From the human T2T-CHM13v2.0 reference genome, Homo sapiens, in the NCBI RefSeq assembly GCF_009914755.1, contig NC_060931.1: DNA of 64,000 bases; one strand, 5' to 3'. This document shows, piece by piece, positions 1-13,455 of this stretch. How positions within the stretch are numbered: the first letter of the stretch is position 1; the number at the start of each line of letters is the position of its first letter. The position numbers were made by a program, and so were the translations under genes. The notes beneath the pieces were generated by a model. That model was not told where the DNA came from, did not search any database, and saw only the letters and a program-made list of their open reading frames with translations.

Positions 1-249
<249 letters not shown>

Positions 250-422
250 TTATTTGCAAATGGTAGGACTGTGTACCTTCCAAATCCAAGAGAACTAACA
301 GGAATAAATTACTGGAAACAATAAAATAATAAGTGATAGGAAATGGGATTAATATACAAAATCAGTAGGTTTTCTAACATGAATATATTTGGAAAAAATA
401 TATATGTATATATATATATATA

Positions 423-726
<304 letters not shown>

Positions 727-900
727 TAGTTTTTTAAAACCCCATTTACAATAATAAAAAAAGGTTAAGTTCTTAGGAATGAACTTAGTAAAAAAATACA
801 AAGACTATTTAAAAAAACTAACAACAACAAAAAGAATATTTAAAAACTTAACATAATATTAAGGTATATGAAAGAAACCTTGACTAAATAGATAGAATCA

Positions 901-1970
<1,070 letters not shown>

Positions 1971-1982
1971 AAAATCAGCTTA

Positions 1983-2160
1983 GGCTGGGCATGGTGGCTC
2001 ACACCTGTAATTACAGCACTTTTGGAGACAGGCGGGGGGATGGCTTGAAGCCCAGGAGTTAAGGCTGTTGTGTGCTATGACCGCCCCTGTGAATAGCTGC
2101 TGCACTCTAGTCTGGGCAACATAGCGAGACTCCATCTCTAAAAAATAAAAAAGAAAGAAA
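1983..2160 (+). mobile_element. Alu monomer (FLAM/FRAM-like)
   Basis: Single-arm Alu with A tail. Confidence 0.75.
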
Positions 2161-2339
2161 GATATAAAGCCACATATGCAATGTGCTATGTTTCAATTTG
2201 TGTAAAAAATAGGAATGTATGCACATGCTTGCACATCGCATTGAGTAATTCTGGAAAGATTTACAAGGAACTTGCAAGAACAGCAGACTCTAGCAAGGCT
2301 AACTGGAGGACTACAGGGAGGAGGAAACTTTCGTCCTTT

Positions 2340-2745
2340 TTTTCTCTTTTTAAAATAGACTTTATTTTTTACTGCTGTTTTAAGTTTACGAATAAACTGC
2401 ACAAAGTACAGAGGGTTCCTCGTTCCCCCACTGCCCTCCCAGTTTCTCTTATTATTAACATTTTGCATTAGTTTGGTAAATTTGTTAAAATTGATGAACC
2501 AATATTGATAGATTATTATTACCTGAAGTACAGTTTACATTAGAGTTTGGTCCCTGTAGCACATTCCACAATGAGGTGTATCCACCATTACAGTATCATA
2601 GGAAATGATTTCACCCTCCTAAAAATCCTCTGTGCTCCACCTATTTATTCATCCCTCTCTGTCCCCAAAACCCTGGCAAACACTGGTCTTTTTACTGTTT
2701 CTGTAGGTTTTCCTTTACCAGAATGTCTTATCGTTGAAATTATTT
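2340..2745 (-). mobile_element. L1MC-type 3' end remnant
   Basis: AAAATAGACTTTATTTTTT...TTATTAACATTTTGCATT...GATGAACCAATA; same family as 43160-43960. Confidence 0.7.
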
Positions 2746-2779
2746 TTTACTTCCTTTTGAAATGCTTGAGTTTTTTTGT

Positions 2780-3086
2780 TTGTTTTGGTTTGGTTTTTGA
2801 GACGGAGTCTCGCTCCGTCACCCAGGCTGGAGTGCCGTGGGGCGATCTCACTGCAAGCTCACTGCAAGCTCCGCCTCCCGGGTTCACGCCATTCCCCTTC
2901 CTCAGCCTCCTGAGTAGCTGGGACTACAGGCGCCCGCCACCATGCCTGGCTAATTTTTTTGTATCTTTTAGTAGAGACGGGGTTTCACCATGTTAGCCAT
3001 GTGGTCTCGATCTCCTGACCTTGTGATCCGCCCGCCTCAGCCTCTCAAAGTGCTGGGATTACAGGCGTGAGCCACCGCGCCCGGCC
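2780..3086 (-). mobile_element. AluY
   Basis: GCAAGCTCCGCCTCCCGGGTTCACGCCATT; CpG-rich; small internal duplication CTCACTGCAAG. Confidence 0.9.
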
Positions 3087-3228
3087 GAGTTTTTTTGTTT
3101 TTTGTTTTTAACATGTGTGTATGTTAATTTAATAAAAATTAATTTTTATTTTCATCAAAGGAATACATGCTCACGTTTGCATGTCTGAAAATATCTTTAT
3201 TCTACCTTATGTTTAAATTATAGCCTTT

Positions 3229-3525
3229 GTTGGGTGTGGGGGCTCACGCTTGTAATCCCAGCATTTTGGGAGGCTGAGGCGAGTGGATCACTTGAGCTCA
3301 GCAGTTCAAGACCAGCCTGGCCAACATCATGAAACCCCGTCTCTACTAAAAATACAAAAATTAGCCAGGCATGGTGGCGCACACCTGTAATCCCAGATAC
3401 TTGGGAGGCTGAGGCAGGAGACTCGCTTGAACCTGGGAGGCAGATGTTGCAGTGAGCTGAGATTGTGCCACACTTCACTCCAGCCTGGGTGACAGGGTGA
3501 AACTCCGTCTCGAAAAAAAAATACA
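3229..3525 (+). mobile_element. AluS
   Basis: Dimeric Alu. Confidence 0.9.
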
Positions 3526-3732
3526 TACATACATATATATATATGTATCCTTCGTGGGTAAGATTCTAGGTTGAAAAATCATCTTCCCTTGGGATTTTGC
3601 CAGCTGTACCGTCTTCCAGCATCTGGGGCTTCTGGAGGGAAGTCAGGTGTTCTGATTCCTGGCCCTTTGATTGGAAGGGGCCTGTCTGTACATTGTCCCA
3701 TGCTGTTCCTCATCTCAGCAACCGTGGGCTTC

Positions 3733-3858
3733 CTCAGTTTGCACTCTCCTGCTCCCTAGCTCCAGGATGTATTTCCATGTTATTTCATTGACAGTTTCTC
3801 AGTTAGCACTTTCATGTTCTCTAGCTGGAGGATATGTCTTTATGTTATTTCATTGACA
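3733..3858. repeat. Diverged ~65-bp tandem duplication
   Basis: CTCAGTT.GCACT...CTAGCT..AGGAT...ATGTTATTTCATTGACA occurs twice, period 65. Confidence 0.75.
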
Positions 3859-3889
3859 ATCTCCTTCTCTCCATTTTCTCTTTCTAGAA

Positions 3890-4191
3890 TTCTTTTTTTT
3901 TTCTTTTTTGAGAGGGAGTCTTTCTCTGGTGCCCAGGCTGGAGTGCAGTGACGCGATCTTGGCTCACTGAAAGCTCCGCCTCGTGGGTTCAAGTGATTCT
4001 TGTGCCTCAGCCTCTCAAGTAGCTGGGATTACAGGCCTGCGCCACCATGCCTGGCTAATTTTTGTATTTTTAGTAGAGATGGGGTTTCACTGTGTTGGCC
4101 AGGCTGGTCTCGAACTCCTGACCTCAGGTGATCCACACGTCTCGGCCTCCCAAAGGGCTGGGATTACAGGCGTGAGCCACTGCGCCTGGCC
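3890..4191 (-). mobile_element. AluS
   Basis: Dimeric reverse Alu. Confidence 0.9.
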
Positions 4192-4923
4192 TAGCTCTTT
4201 CCGTTTTAGGAGCTTATTCCTAGTTTTAAAATACCATCGTATAAATATAGGATTTCTTTTTTAAAGTTCCATTCATCTCCTTATTTCAGCTGTGGTTTTG
4301 GTCTCTCACGTTGGAATCATTCCTAAAAAGCCTGATTGAAAGCTTCATAGGAAGGTGGGGCCCTGTTAATTGGTGGGCTGTGTTGCAGGGTGATCATGCA
4401 GCGAGGCTGATTTTTTGTTTATTTAAATGATCCCAAATGTCAGTATTACCTGCATGTCCTTTCTCTGGGCCTGTACAGTCTTTCCAAAAAAGAATCCTCA
4501 GAGCTTTTGTCACCACCAGGCTGTTTGTGTTCTGGAGGCCAAGTGGGGTCAGGAGGCTGAGAGCCACCATTTAGCACAGAGACTTTGACTTTACCTCCCC
4601 GTATGACCCTTTCGCCCTTACCTGTTCCGTTCCTGCAGAGTACACTCTGGCCTCCTGCAGTGGTGGAGCATTTGAGGGGGCATTCTCCAGTGTCCCCAGC
4701 TTCATCCGTCTCTCCTGCACCTTGTGTCTCTTGGTTCAGAGCCTTTTCAGGGTTCAATCAATTCAATTCTCTTACCCCCTGCCGCACCCCACTGCAGGGA
4801 CTCTGCTCTGCTCAGTCTGTTACCACCATTGCTTCCCCACCATCTTTCTCCTTGTGAATTTATATGTTTTTATTCCTTTGCTATTGTCTTAATGGGGTTT
4901 TAGGAGAGTTAAAAGAAAAACTC

Positions 4924-5520
4924 GGCCAGGCACCGTGGCTCGCACTGCAATCCCAACACTGTGGGAGTCCGAGGCGGGAGACCACTCTGGGCGACATAGT
5001 GAGACCCCATCTCTACAAACAATTTTTCAGGCTGGGCACGGTGGCTCACACCTGTAATCCCAGCACTTTGGGAGGCCAAGGCGGGCGGATCACGAGGTCA
5101 GGAGTTCAAGACCAGCCTGGCCAACATGATGAAACCCTGTCTCTACTAAAAGTAAAAAAAAATTAGCCTGGTGTGGTGGCACGTGCCTGTAATCCCAGCT
5201 GAGGCACGTGCCTCAGGAGGCTGAGGCAGGAGAATCGCTTGAACCCAAGGTGGAGGTTGCAGTGAGCCGAGACCGCACCAGTGCACTCCAGCCTGGGCGA
5301 CAGAGCGAGACTCTGTCTCAAAACAAATTTTTTTTTTCAAAACTAGCTGAGCGTGGTGGCGCATGCTTGTAGTTGTAGCTACTCAGGAGGCTGAGGTGGG
5401 AGGATCACTTAAGGTCGGGAGATTGAGGCTGCAGTGAGCTGTGATTACACCACTGCACTTCAGCCTGGGCAGCAAAGCGAAACCCCATCTCAAAAAAAAA
5501 AAAAAAAGAAAAAAAAAAGA
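4924..5520 (+). mobile_element. AluJ with a younger AluS (~5029-5330) nested in its central linker
   Basis: Left arm, complete Alu, then right arm; AAACAA(A)TTTTT repeated around the inner copy. Confidence 0.85.
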
Positions 5521-6240
5521 AAAGAAAAGAAGGGAAGCCTTAGATAAATTAAATTTAACAGAGCTAACTGAGCAAAGAACAATTTGTGAATCCAGTGGCC
5601 CCTGAACCAGAAGAATAGGTTCAGAGAGACTGGAGCTGCCATGTGGCCAAAGAAGATTTATGGACAGAAAAAGGAAAGTGACAGAAAGAAAACAGAAGTG
5701 AGGCACAGAAGCAGCCAGATTGGTTGCAGCTTCGAGTTTGCCTCATGTGAACCTGGTTTGAACAGTTGGTTGCCTTTGATTGGCTGAAACTTGGTGTTTG
5801 GCACAAGAGTAGGTTATCGTTTGTTTACACATCCAGTTAGCTCACTGTTCACTAGGGAGGAGAAACCTTTAGGCCGAACTTAAAACACATAAGGAGGCAG
5901 CTTTGGGCTAAACTTAATGATTTTCCCTCTTTAGTCAACGTCTCAAAACTTTAGGCATCAATGTCACCCTGTCATCATCATAAATGTACTTATTTGGTCC
6001 CAAATCCTACTGGGAAATAGTAGAACAGTGGGTTTTCTAAGGTGGGTAAAGGTGAGAGTATAGGGGACCTCCTTGTGCTGGAATCTCCTGTTTACAATAG
6101 AAAAACAAAACCTGGTCTGTCTTAGGAACTATCTGCTTCCTTGAAGTTTCAGTTTGATTATGTCACATTTATCATGAATGACTCCATTTTGATGCGGTCT
6201 GTTGAGGCCTAGTGCACAAGCTGAGTCCACCATGGCAAAT
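5520..6240 (-). mobile_element. MER57-like ERV1 LTR (~5520-5920) plus adjacent internal fragment
   Basis: Reverse complement reads TTAAGTTTAGCCCAAAGCTGCCTCCTTA...AGCCAATCAAAGG...GTTAAATTTAATTTATCTAAGG, matching my memory of MER57. Confidence 0.7.
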
Positions 6241-6379
6241 GCGACAGGAGTGGGTGGGGATAAACATATGTATCTAATCCACCATGTTTAACTAGAATCT
6301 ATGAGTTACTTAGAAAGACAAATTACTACATTTATGTATATATATACATGCACACACACAATTTTTGGGGAGAGGACAT

Positions 6380-6570
6380 AATTTAGCCCATAACTATATC
6401 CTTCCCAAATTCATATGTTCAAACCCAGCTATGGTCTGTGTCCTCTAAAGTTCATGTGTTGGAAATTTAATTTCCAATGCAACTGCGTTGGGAGTTAGGG
6501 CCTAATGGGAGGTGTTTAGGTCATAAGGACTCTGCCCTGATGAATGGATGAACACTGCTATAAACAGGGC
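6380..6570 (+). mobile_element. MaLR LTR fragment (MST/MLT1A-like)
   Basis: TTCATGTGTTGGAAATTTAAT...GGGAGGTGTTTAGGTCAT...GCCCT.ATGAATGGAT. Confidence 0.65.
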
Positions 6571-6885
6571 TTGTGGCTCACACCTATAATCCCAGCACTT
6601 TGGGAGGCCAAGGCGGGAGTATTACTTGAAACCAGGAGTTCGAGACCAGTCTCAGCAACATAGTTAAGACCTCCATCTCTGAAAAAAAAAAAGCTTAGCT
6701 GGGCATAGTGGTGCATGCTACTTGGGAGGCTGAGGCAGGAGGATCCCAGCCCATGAGTTGGAGGCTACAGTGAGCTATGAGTGCACCACTGCAACCCAGC
6801 CTATGATTGCACCACTGTACCCCAGGGCAAGGCAAGTGAGACCCTGTCTCAAAAAAAAAAAAAAACAAAAACAAAACAACCAACA
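6568..6885 (+). mobile_element. AluJ-like
   Basis: Dimeric Alu with A tail. Confidence 0.85.
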
Positions 6886-7047
6886 AAAAAACTACCACTA
6901 GATGGAGATGCCGAGCACAACCCATGTCCGTTGCTCTTTAAACTTAGGGGGTTCTATAGTTTTTCAAGTAACAATGCTGTGGAATTATTTTTCTTACCTA
7001 CTTCCATCATCCCATGTTGATTTGTGGTTTCATCCTCAGAACTTCTT

Positions 7048-7133
7048 GGCTGGTACTGAGTTATCAGGATTGATTCGCATTAGTGTCACTAAAGTTGGTA
7101 TACAATCTTCCACTGCTAAATTTGACTGCCTTT
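7048..7133 (+). pseudogene. Processed Y4 RNA (RNY4) pseudogene
   Basis: GGCTGGT...TTATCAG...CATTAGTGTCACTAAAGTTGGTATACAA...CCACTGCTAAATTTGACTG matches hY4; A-rich tail; TSD AGAACTTCT at 7038-7046 and 7155-7163. Confidence 0.9.
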
Positions 7134-7339
7134 AAAAAATATTAAAAAGTAAAAAGAACTTCTAATTTCATTCTAACCAGAAATCATGCCAATTTGTTGC
7201 ACTGGTTTTATATGCCATGTGCCTATTTGTTAGAACCGTAAACCAGCTCAGGTCATAGAAAATGAGTGGAATCTTAGCCAGTGGAAGGCACTTAGGGTAG
7301 TTTAGATGCTGTGAAATTAAATGTTTTTCAAGTGTTCTT

Positions 7340-7510
7340 TTTAATATTAATTTTAATGTATTTTGAATATATCAATAATATATTGTATATTATCATATTA
7401 CACATAATATAGTATATTTAATAATATACTAAGATTTAGTATATTAAAATTTAATTTAGTATATTATTTATAGAATGTAGTAATTTAATAGAACATTATG
7501 TAGTAAACAT
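7340..7510. repeat. AT-rich low-complexity tract
   Basis: TATTA/ATAT-rich, very low GC. Confidence 0.7.
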
Positions 7511-8609
7511 GTGACATTGTTTTAATTGCTAATAATTTCCAAAGATAAACCTTCTTAAATCCCGTTAAGAGGATATTCTCTTCTCCTGTTTTAAGAAAGT
7601 GAAGGCAACCCAGTTAGGAGGCATCTGGGACTTTCCTGGCCAACTCTGAAGACATCAAGTTGAACCATGACCCGGATTCGGTCTTGGAAGCAGATGAGAG
7701 GGTAAAGAGTTGAAGCCAGGTCTACACTCTGATTCCTCCAAGTCACCGAGTGGTTTCATGTGAAAGGGGTCTGGGCAGGAGTGAGCCGAGGTTAGCGGTG
7801 GTATTTCAGTGATTTGGCAAATGTGCACAGATGGCTCATAAACCGCCCCCCCACATGCCACCGACAGGAAACTACCACTTGACAACACGCCTGCTTCTGC
7901 CACATCACAGACTTAGCAGAGTCTGTTCAGAATCTCCTTGCATTTCCAAATGAAGCTTGGATGTTAGCAGATGTTAAACCCAAGAACAGGTACACCTGGG
8001 CTCTAAATTCATCTTCTGACTGAAGTTGAAGATAAAACCTGATACCAGTTTGGAGTAGAAAGAGACACAGTATTGTAATCATAAATGACATTTGACCTTA
8101 AAACAGTAACACAGCAAATTTCTAATTAAAGTGGAGCATGTCCTGTCTTGACTGAGGCACCAAGACGATTTGTTGCAGATTGTTGCTGGCAGTGTGCAGT
8201 CCCCAAGACCAAATCACCAAGAGGCACAGTGGTAAGAGTGGTCAGCAAGGAGCGGAGCGCCTTCCTCCCACCAGCAGGTGACTCACCACATCGTGTCCTC
8301 CTTGGCGTAAGAGGCGCCCTAAAGGTTTCTCCGTTCCAGTTATCCTAACTGGAATACTGTTCCTGAAAAAAGCGTATATTTAAGGCCCTGCTAGCTATAA
8401 GCAATCCTTCAAGGAAGAGAATTATAAACAACCTTTCTTCCAAGTTTTTGTTCTTTGCCTCACTTATATGCCGATTTAAATCGTTCTCTAAGAAAAGGTG
8501 GTATTTCCTCTCACTGCAGGTTCTACCAGACTCTCATCACCTGCTTGCCAAGCAGCAGCCAAGGGAAAACAGTTTGAAATTTACTGCTAACAATTGGTTC
8601 ACATACATA

Positions 8610-8746
8610 CCGGGTACGGGGGACTCTTGCCTGTAGTCCCAGCTACTCAGGAGGCTGAGGCTGGAGGAATGCTTGAGTCCAGGAGTTCAAGTCCAGCCCA
8701 GGTAACATTGTGAGACGCTGTCTCTTAAAAAAAAAAAAAAAAAAAA
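8610..8746 (+). mobile_element. Alu monomer (FLAM-like)
   Basis: Single arm with A20 tail. Confidence 0.8.
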
Positions 8747-8867
8747 TTGGTTCACCCTGCTGTATAATGCATTGGCAATTCAGTGTGGTCTAATCAAATT
8801 AGCTTAACCATGGGATTGCGCTTAGATTTGCTCATTCATTTTAACCATAAACACTTACTGAATGTGT

Positions 8868-8969
8868 ACCATGGGACAGACACCTTTCTAGAGACTGGCT
8901 ATATTGTGGTGAAAATACACCATGGGACAGACACCTTTCTAGAGACTGGCTATATTGTGGTGAAAATAC
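8868..8969. repeat. Perfect 51-bp tandem duplication (in an L2-like remnant)
   Basis: ACCATGGGACAGACACCTTTCTAGAGACTGGCTATATTGTGGTGAAAATAC occurs twice, identical. Confidence 0.95.
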
Positions 8970-9267
8970 AGGCCAAATCCCTGCCTTCGTGTGGCTTCTA
9001 TTGTGGTGGGAACTAGACAAAAACTGTCCAAGTGAATAAATGAATCAGTAATTTCAGGTAGGTGAGAATGCTATGAACAATATAGCTGAGTAGGGGCTAG
9101 AAGGTGATGGGGTAGGCGAAGGGGCTTCGTAGGCTCAAAAAAGGGCCCCAAAGAGCCCCAAAGATATCCAGGTCCTAATCTCTGGAACCTGTGAATTATG
9201 ACCCTGCATGGCAAAAGGCACTTTGCACATGTGATTAAGCTAAGAATTTTGAGGTGTGGATATTACG

Positions 9268-11759
9268 GTGGGGAAATACAATTAAAAACAAAATGTCCTG
9301 TTGACCCAGAAAACCTCTCCACAAGAATAGAAGAGATATAAAGGCTTTATTCTTGAATAACCATTAAACCAGAGTGAGATGCACATTACAGGAAACCCAC
9401 TAAGAGACGGCAAAGACAAAAAGAAACTTCACTCTTTTATACAGCCACCCACCACACACACACACGCAACCCACCACACACACAATCCACCATACACACA
9501 TACCACACACACACCCCACCACACACAAACCCACCACACACACAACCCACCACACATACCACACACACAAATCCACCATACACACATACCACACACACAC
9601 ACCCCACCACACACAAACCCACCACACACACAGAATCCACTATACACACACAAAATCCACTACACACACACAGTCCACCACGCACACAACCCACCATACA
9701 CACACACCACACACACACAAAATCCACCACACACACAACCCACCACACACACACAAAATCCACCCCACCACACACACACAATCCGCCAAACACACACACA
9801 ATCCACCATACACACACAACCCACCACACACACACCACACACACAATCCACCATACACACATACCACACACACACACCCCACCACATACAAACCCACCAC
9901 ACACACAGAATCCACTACACACACACAGTCCACCACGCACACAACCCACCATACACACACACCACACACACACAAAATCCACCACACACACACAACCCAC
10001 CACACACACACAATCCACCACACACACACAACCCACCACACACACACAAAATCCACCACACACACACAACCCACCACACAATCCACCACACACACACAAT
10101 CCACCATACACACGCAATCCATCACACACACACAACCCACCACACACACAATCCACCATACACACACACCACACACACACAACCCACCACACACACAACC
10201 CACCACACACACACAAAATCCACCACACACACACAATCCACCACACACAACCCATCACACACACAACCCACCATACACACAACCCACCACACACACACAA
10301 CCCACCACACACAAACCCACCACAAACACACAGAATCCACCACACACACACAACCCACCACACACAAACCCATCACACACACACACCACACACAATCCAC
10401 CACACACACAAACACCACACACAATCCATCACACACACAAACACCACACTCACAACCCACCACACACATACACAAACACACACACAACCCACCACACACA
10501 CTCCACACACAAACCCACCACACACACAACCCACTACACACAAACACCACACACACACAGCCCACCACACACACAAACACCACACACACACAAAAATAAG
10601 TGACTCATCCTCAGTGAGCAGACTGGACAATGCCATTTGTCACACTTAGTTCATTCTAAATTCACTTGGTAATTGGGATAACCACTTGTGTTTGCTAATT
10701 GCCTTTATCCAAAGGAAAAATAAACTCATATCTTATGATAGAGTATAAGATTACAATTTAGAGCCAAAGTTAGGAGACTAACCCTCTCCCTCCCATGGAG
10801 ACTGGGAGATAGGGACACTGTCTTCCTTGATGTTTACATTTCATATACATACACACACACATACACATATATGTGTATGTATACATTTCAGAGACAGGGT
10901 CATATTCTGTTGCTTAGGCTAGAGTGTAGTGACATAGTTATGGCTCTCTGTAACCTCAAACTCCTGGGCTTAAGCGATCCTCCCACCTAAGTCTCCTGAG
11001 TAGCTGGGATTATAGGGGTGCACCACCATGCCTGGTTACTTTTTTTATTTTTATTTTTTGTAGAGACGAAGTCTCACTGTGTTGCTCAGGCTGGTCTTGA
11101 CCTCCTGGCTTTAAGCAATCCTCCCATCTCAGCCTCTCAAAGTACTGGGATTATTGATGTTTGCATTTCAAAGAGCTAGCTCTCAGGTCCTTGGAGAAAA
11201 ACAGTTCTGAGTTGTAAAGCTGCCAAATGGTTTTTTCTTCGCTTTTAAAAATATTTATGTAATCTCTGCCCAGTGTGGTGGCTCATGCCTATAATCCCAG
11301 CACTTTGGGAGGTCAAGGCAGGAGGATCACTTGAAGCCAGGAGTTTGAGACCATCCTAGGCAACATAACGAGACCTTGTGTCTACAAAAATTTTTTAAAA
11401 AATTAGGCAGGTGTGGTGGTGCATGCTTGTAGTCCCAGCCACTCGGGAGGCTGAAGCAGAAGAACCACTTGAACCCAGGAGTTTGAGGCTGCAGTGAGCA
11501 TCACTGTACTCCCGTATGGGTGACAGAGTAAGACTCTGCCTCTAAAAAATAATAAAAATATAAAATAAAATAAAATAAAATAAAATAAAATAAAAGATTT
11601 GCATATATCTCACATGGGCAGAGGAAAATTCACAATCACAAGCTTTCTAATGCAAATGTGCTGAGAAAAGGGGGTGTTGGTGAGGAGCATCTCTGCCTTT
11701 TTTCACCAGGGAGAAAGAAAACTTATTTTTATTCTTTTTGATTTGTATTTGCTTTTACA
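9268..11759 (-). mobile_element. ERV1 LTR (MER34-like) hosting the CA minisatellite and two Alus (10886-11155 minus, 11267-11595 plus)
   Basis: Collinear similarity with 35601-36782 (GGGGAAATA.AATT.AAAACAAAAT, CCATTTGTCACAC, GCTAATTGCCTTTA, CCCATGGAGACTGGGAG). Family name from memory. Confidence 0.65.
9445..10595. repeat. Complex CA-rich minisatellite (units like CACACACAA(T/C)CCAC)
   Basis: ~1.15 kb of degenerate CA-rich units with internal higher-order block duplication. Confidence 0.95.
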
Positions 11760-12932
11760 ATTCTCCTGGCTATCTGGGTAATTACATGTGTCTTTGTGTT
11801 GGCGGGGGTACAGGGGGAGATTCAGCTGCAGCACAGGCCGGCAAAGTGACAAGTGTAGCAAGATGCTGCGCTGAGGGCTTGGGAGACAGAGGGAGGGGCC
11901 TCGAGCCCAAGAATGCCTGGGAAGCAGCTCTTCCAGCCAGAAAAGGCAAGGAAGGATTCTCCCCTAGAGACTTTGGAGGGAGTGGGGCCCTGCCGACACC
12001 TTGACTTTGGCCCAGTGAAACATTCTGGGCTTCTGACTTCCAGCCGTGTAAGATAATAAATGCCAGTTATTTCAGGCCGAGCTGGTGGTCATTTGTTAGA
12101 GCAGTCCTAGGAATCTCATCTAGGTGTGAAGCTATTTTAGAGGGGTTTGTTGGGAAGCGTGTTTTGAGGCGAGGAGACTTCAGCCAAAATCTGAATACAG
12201 TGAAGAACGGAAGTCCATGCAGACCTGGAGGAGGATCGTCTAGGCAACTCCAAAGGCCCTAAGGTGGAAATGAGTGGCGGCTGCTGGGGCAGTGTCTGGC
12301 AGGCGCATGGAGGTCTGCAGGAACCCTGCAGGCCATGGCCGCGGGTTGGATGTCAGTCCAAATGTTAGCAGGAGGCGTCGGAGTTCCCTAGCAAGGGAGC
12401 TGCTTGATCTGATTCATGTTTAAAGGGCCAAGCTGGTTAAGTGGAGACAGGACTTTATGGGGCCAGAGCGGAGGCAGGAGGAGTGGCTGGCCACTGCTGC
12501 AGAGTCCCGGTGAGGGAGACTATGGTGCAGGGGTGGGGGATAAGGGTGGGAAGCAGGCCTCACCGTTATGGGGCACACGCATGTACCAGTTTCCTCTGCA
12601 GGAAATCTGAGCCATCTACCTGATACTCATTTTACCAGCTGGATTCTTTTTCTTTTAGCAAGAGATTCTGGGAACTAGATATGCGGCAGGAAAGCATCTT
12701 GTGTGGTGGAATTTGGGGACTGACATTTGATCTCAGCCCAGGGCTACTCTTACAGCGTGCGTCCCTGTCGTGCATTATACTTGTTTTCATGCACTTAAAG
12801 ATATTTTTAGAACTGCAGAAGTAGAAGCACTTTGATCTTTTCCTGAATAATTTCCACATGACTTAGCAGGCCTCCTTCCACCTGAGATGGGAAACCTTGG
12901 AAAGTGAGGGGGCCTTCTTCAGTGTGTGCCAC

Positions 12933-13455
12933 TGTAGGGGTTTTTCCTCAGCCCCCCTAGATTTGTGGTTGGAACGGACTCCTGTTACAAAAGACAGATT
13001 AACAAGAGAAAAACCAGTGGAAGTTTATTAACATGTGTATTTCACATCTGCCTGGGAGACACGCAGGAATTGAGTAGTTCTCAAAGTGGTAGCTTTGAAT
13101 TCCAGCTTGTATAGCATCTTCAACAAAGAAAAGCCAAGTTTTAGGGAAGCGACAGGACAAAGGAAAAGAACTTTGAGTGTCTAAGGGGAGAACTTGTAGA
13201 AAGGTAAGTAACTGGCAGATAAATAGAGTTAGTAAAGCACCTTCATGTCCATTCCTCTGGTTCCAGCTCCAGGCCCATAAGAGTCTAAAGTTGTCTTCAG
13301 TGGTTAACTTTTCCCTGGTCGAGAGAGGGAGCAGACCCCTTTTATCCTTCTAAATCTATATCCTGCATTTAGGCAAGTGGAGGGCAGAGAGCTTTCTTCC
13401 ATTTACTTTTTCACTGCCTTCAAGCTCAACAACCCTTCATCTTTCGGGGCCTCCC
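12933..13455 (-). mobile_element. MER4-group ERV1 LTR
   Basis: ACAAAAGACAGATTAACAAGAGAAAAAC...GTTTATTAACATG motif typical of this group; subfamily not determined. Confidence 0.6.

Larger units (their letters stand above)
9128..12122 (+). mobile_element. MLT1-type MaLR LTR split (9128-9267 and 11760-12122) by an ERV1 LTR insertion
   Basis: CCCCAAAGATATCCAGGTCCTAATCTCTGGAACCTGTGAA...GCAAAAGG.ACTTTGCA.ATGTGATTAAG and the later GGAAAAGGCAAGGAAGGATTCTCCCCTAGA-type segment through ATAATAAATG. Confidence 0.65.

Noticed and set aside
9379-10636. 406-aa His/Thr-rich ORF and many Cys/Val-rich antisense ORFs
   Set aside because: Translation of the CA minisatellite, which lacks stop codons by composition.
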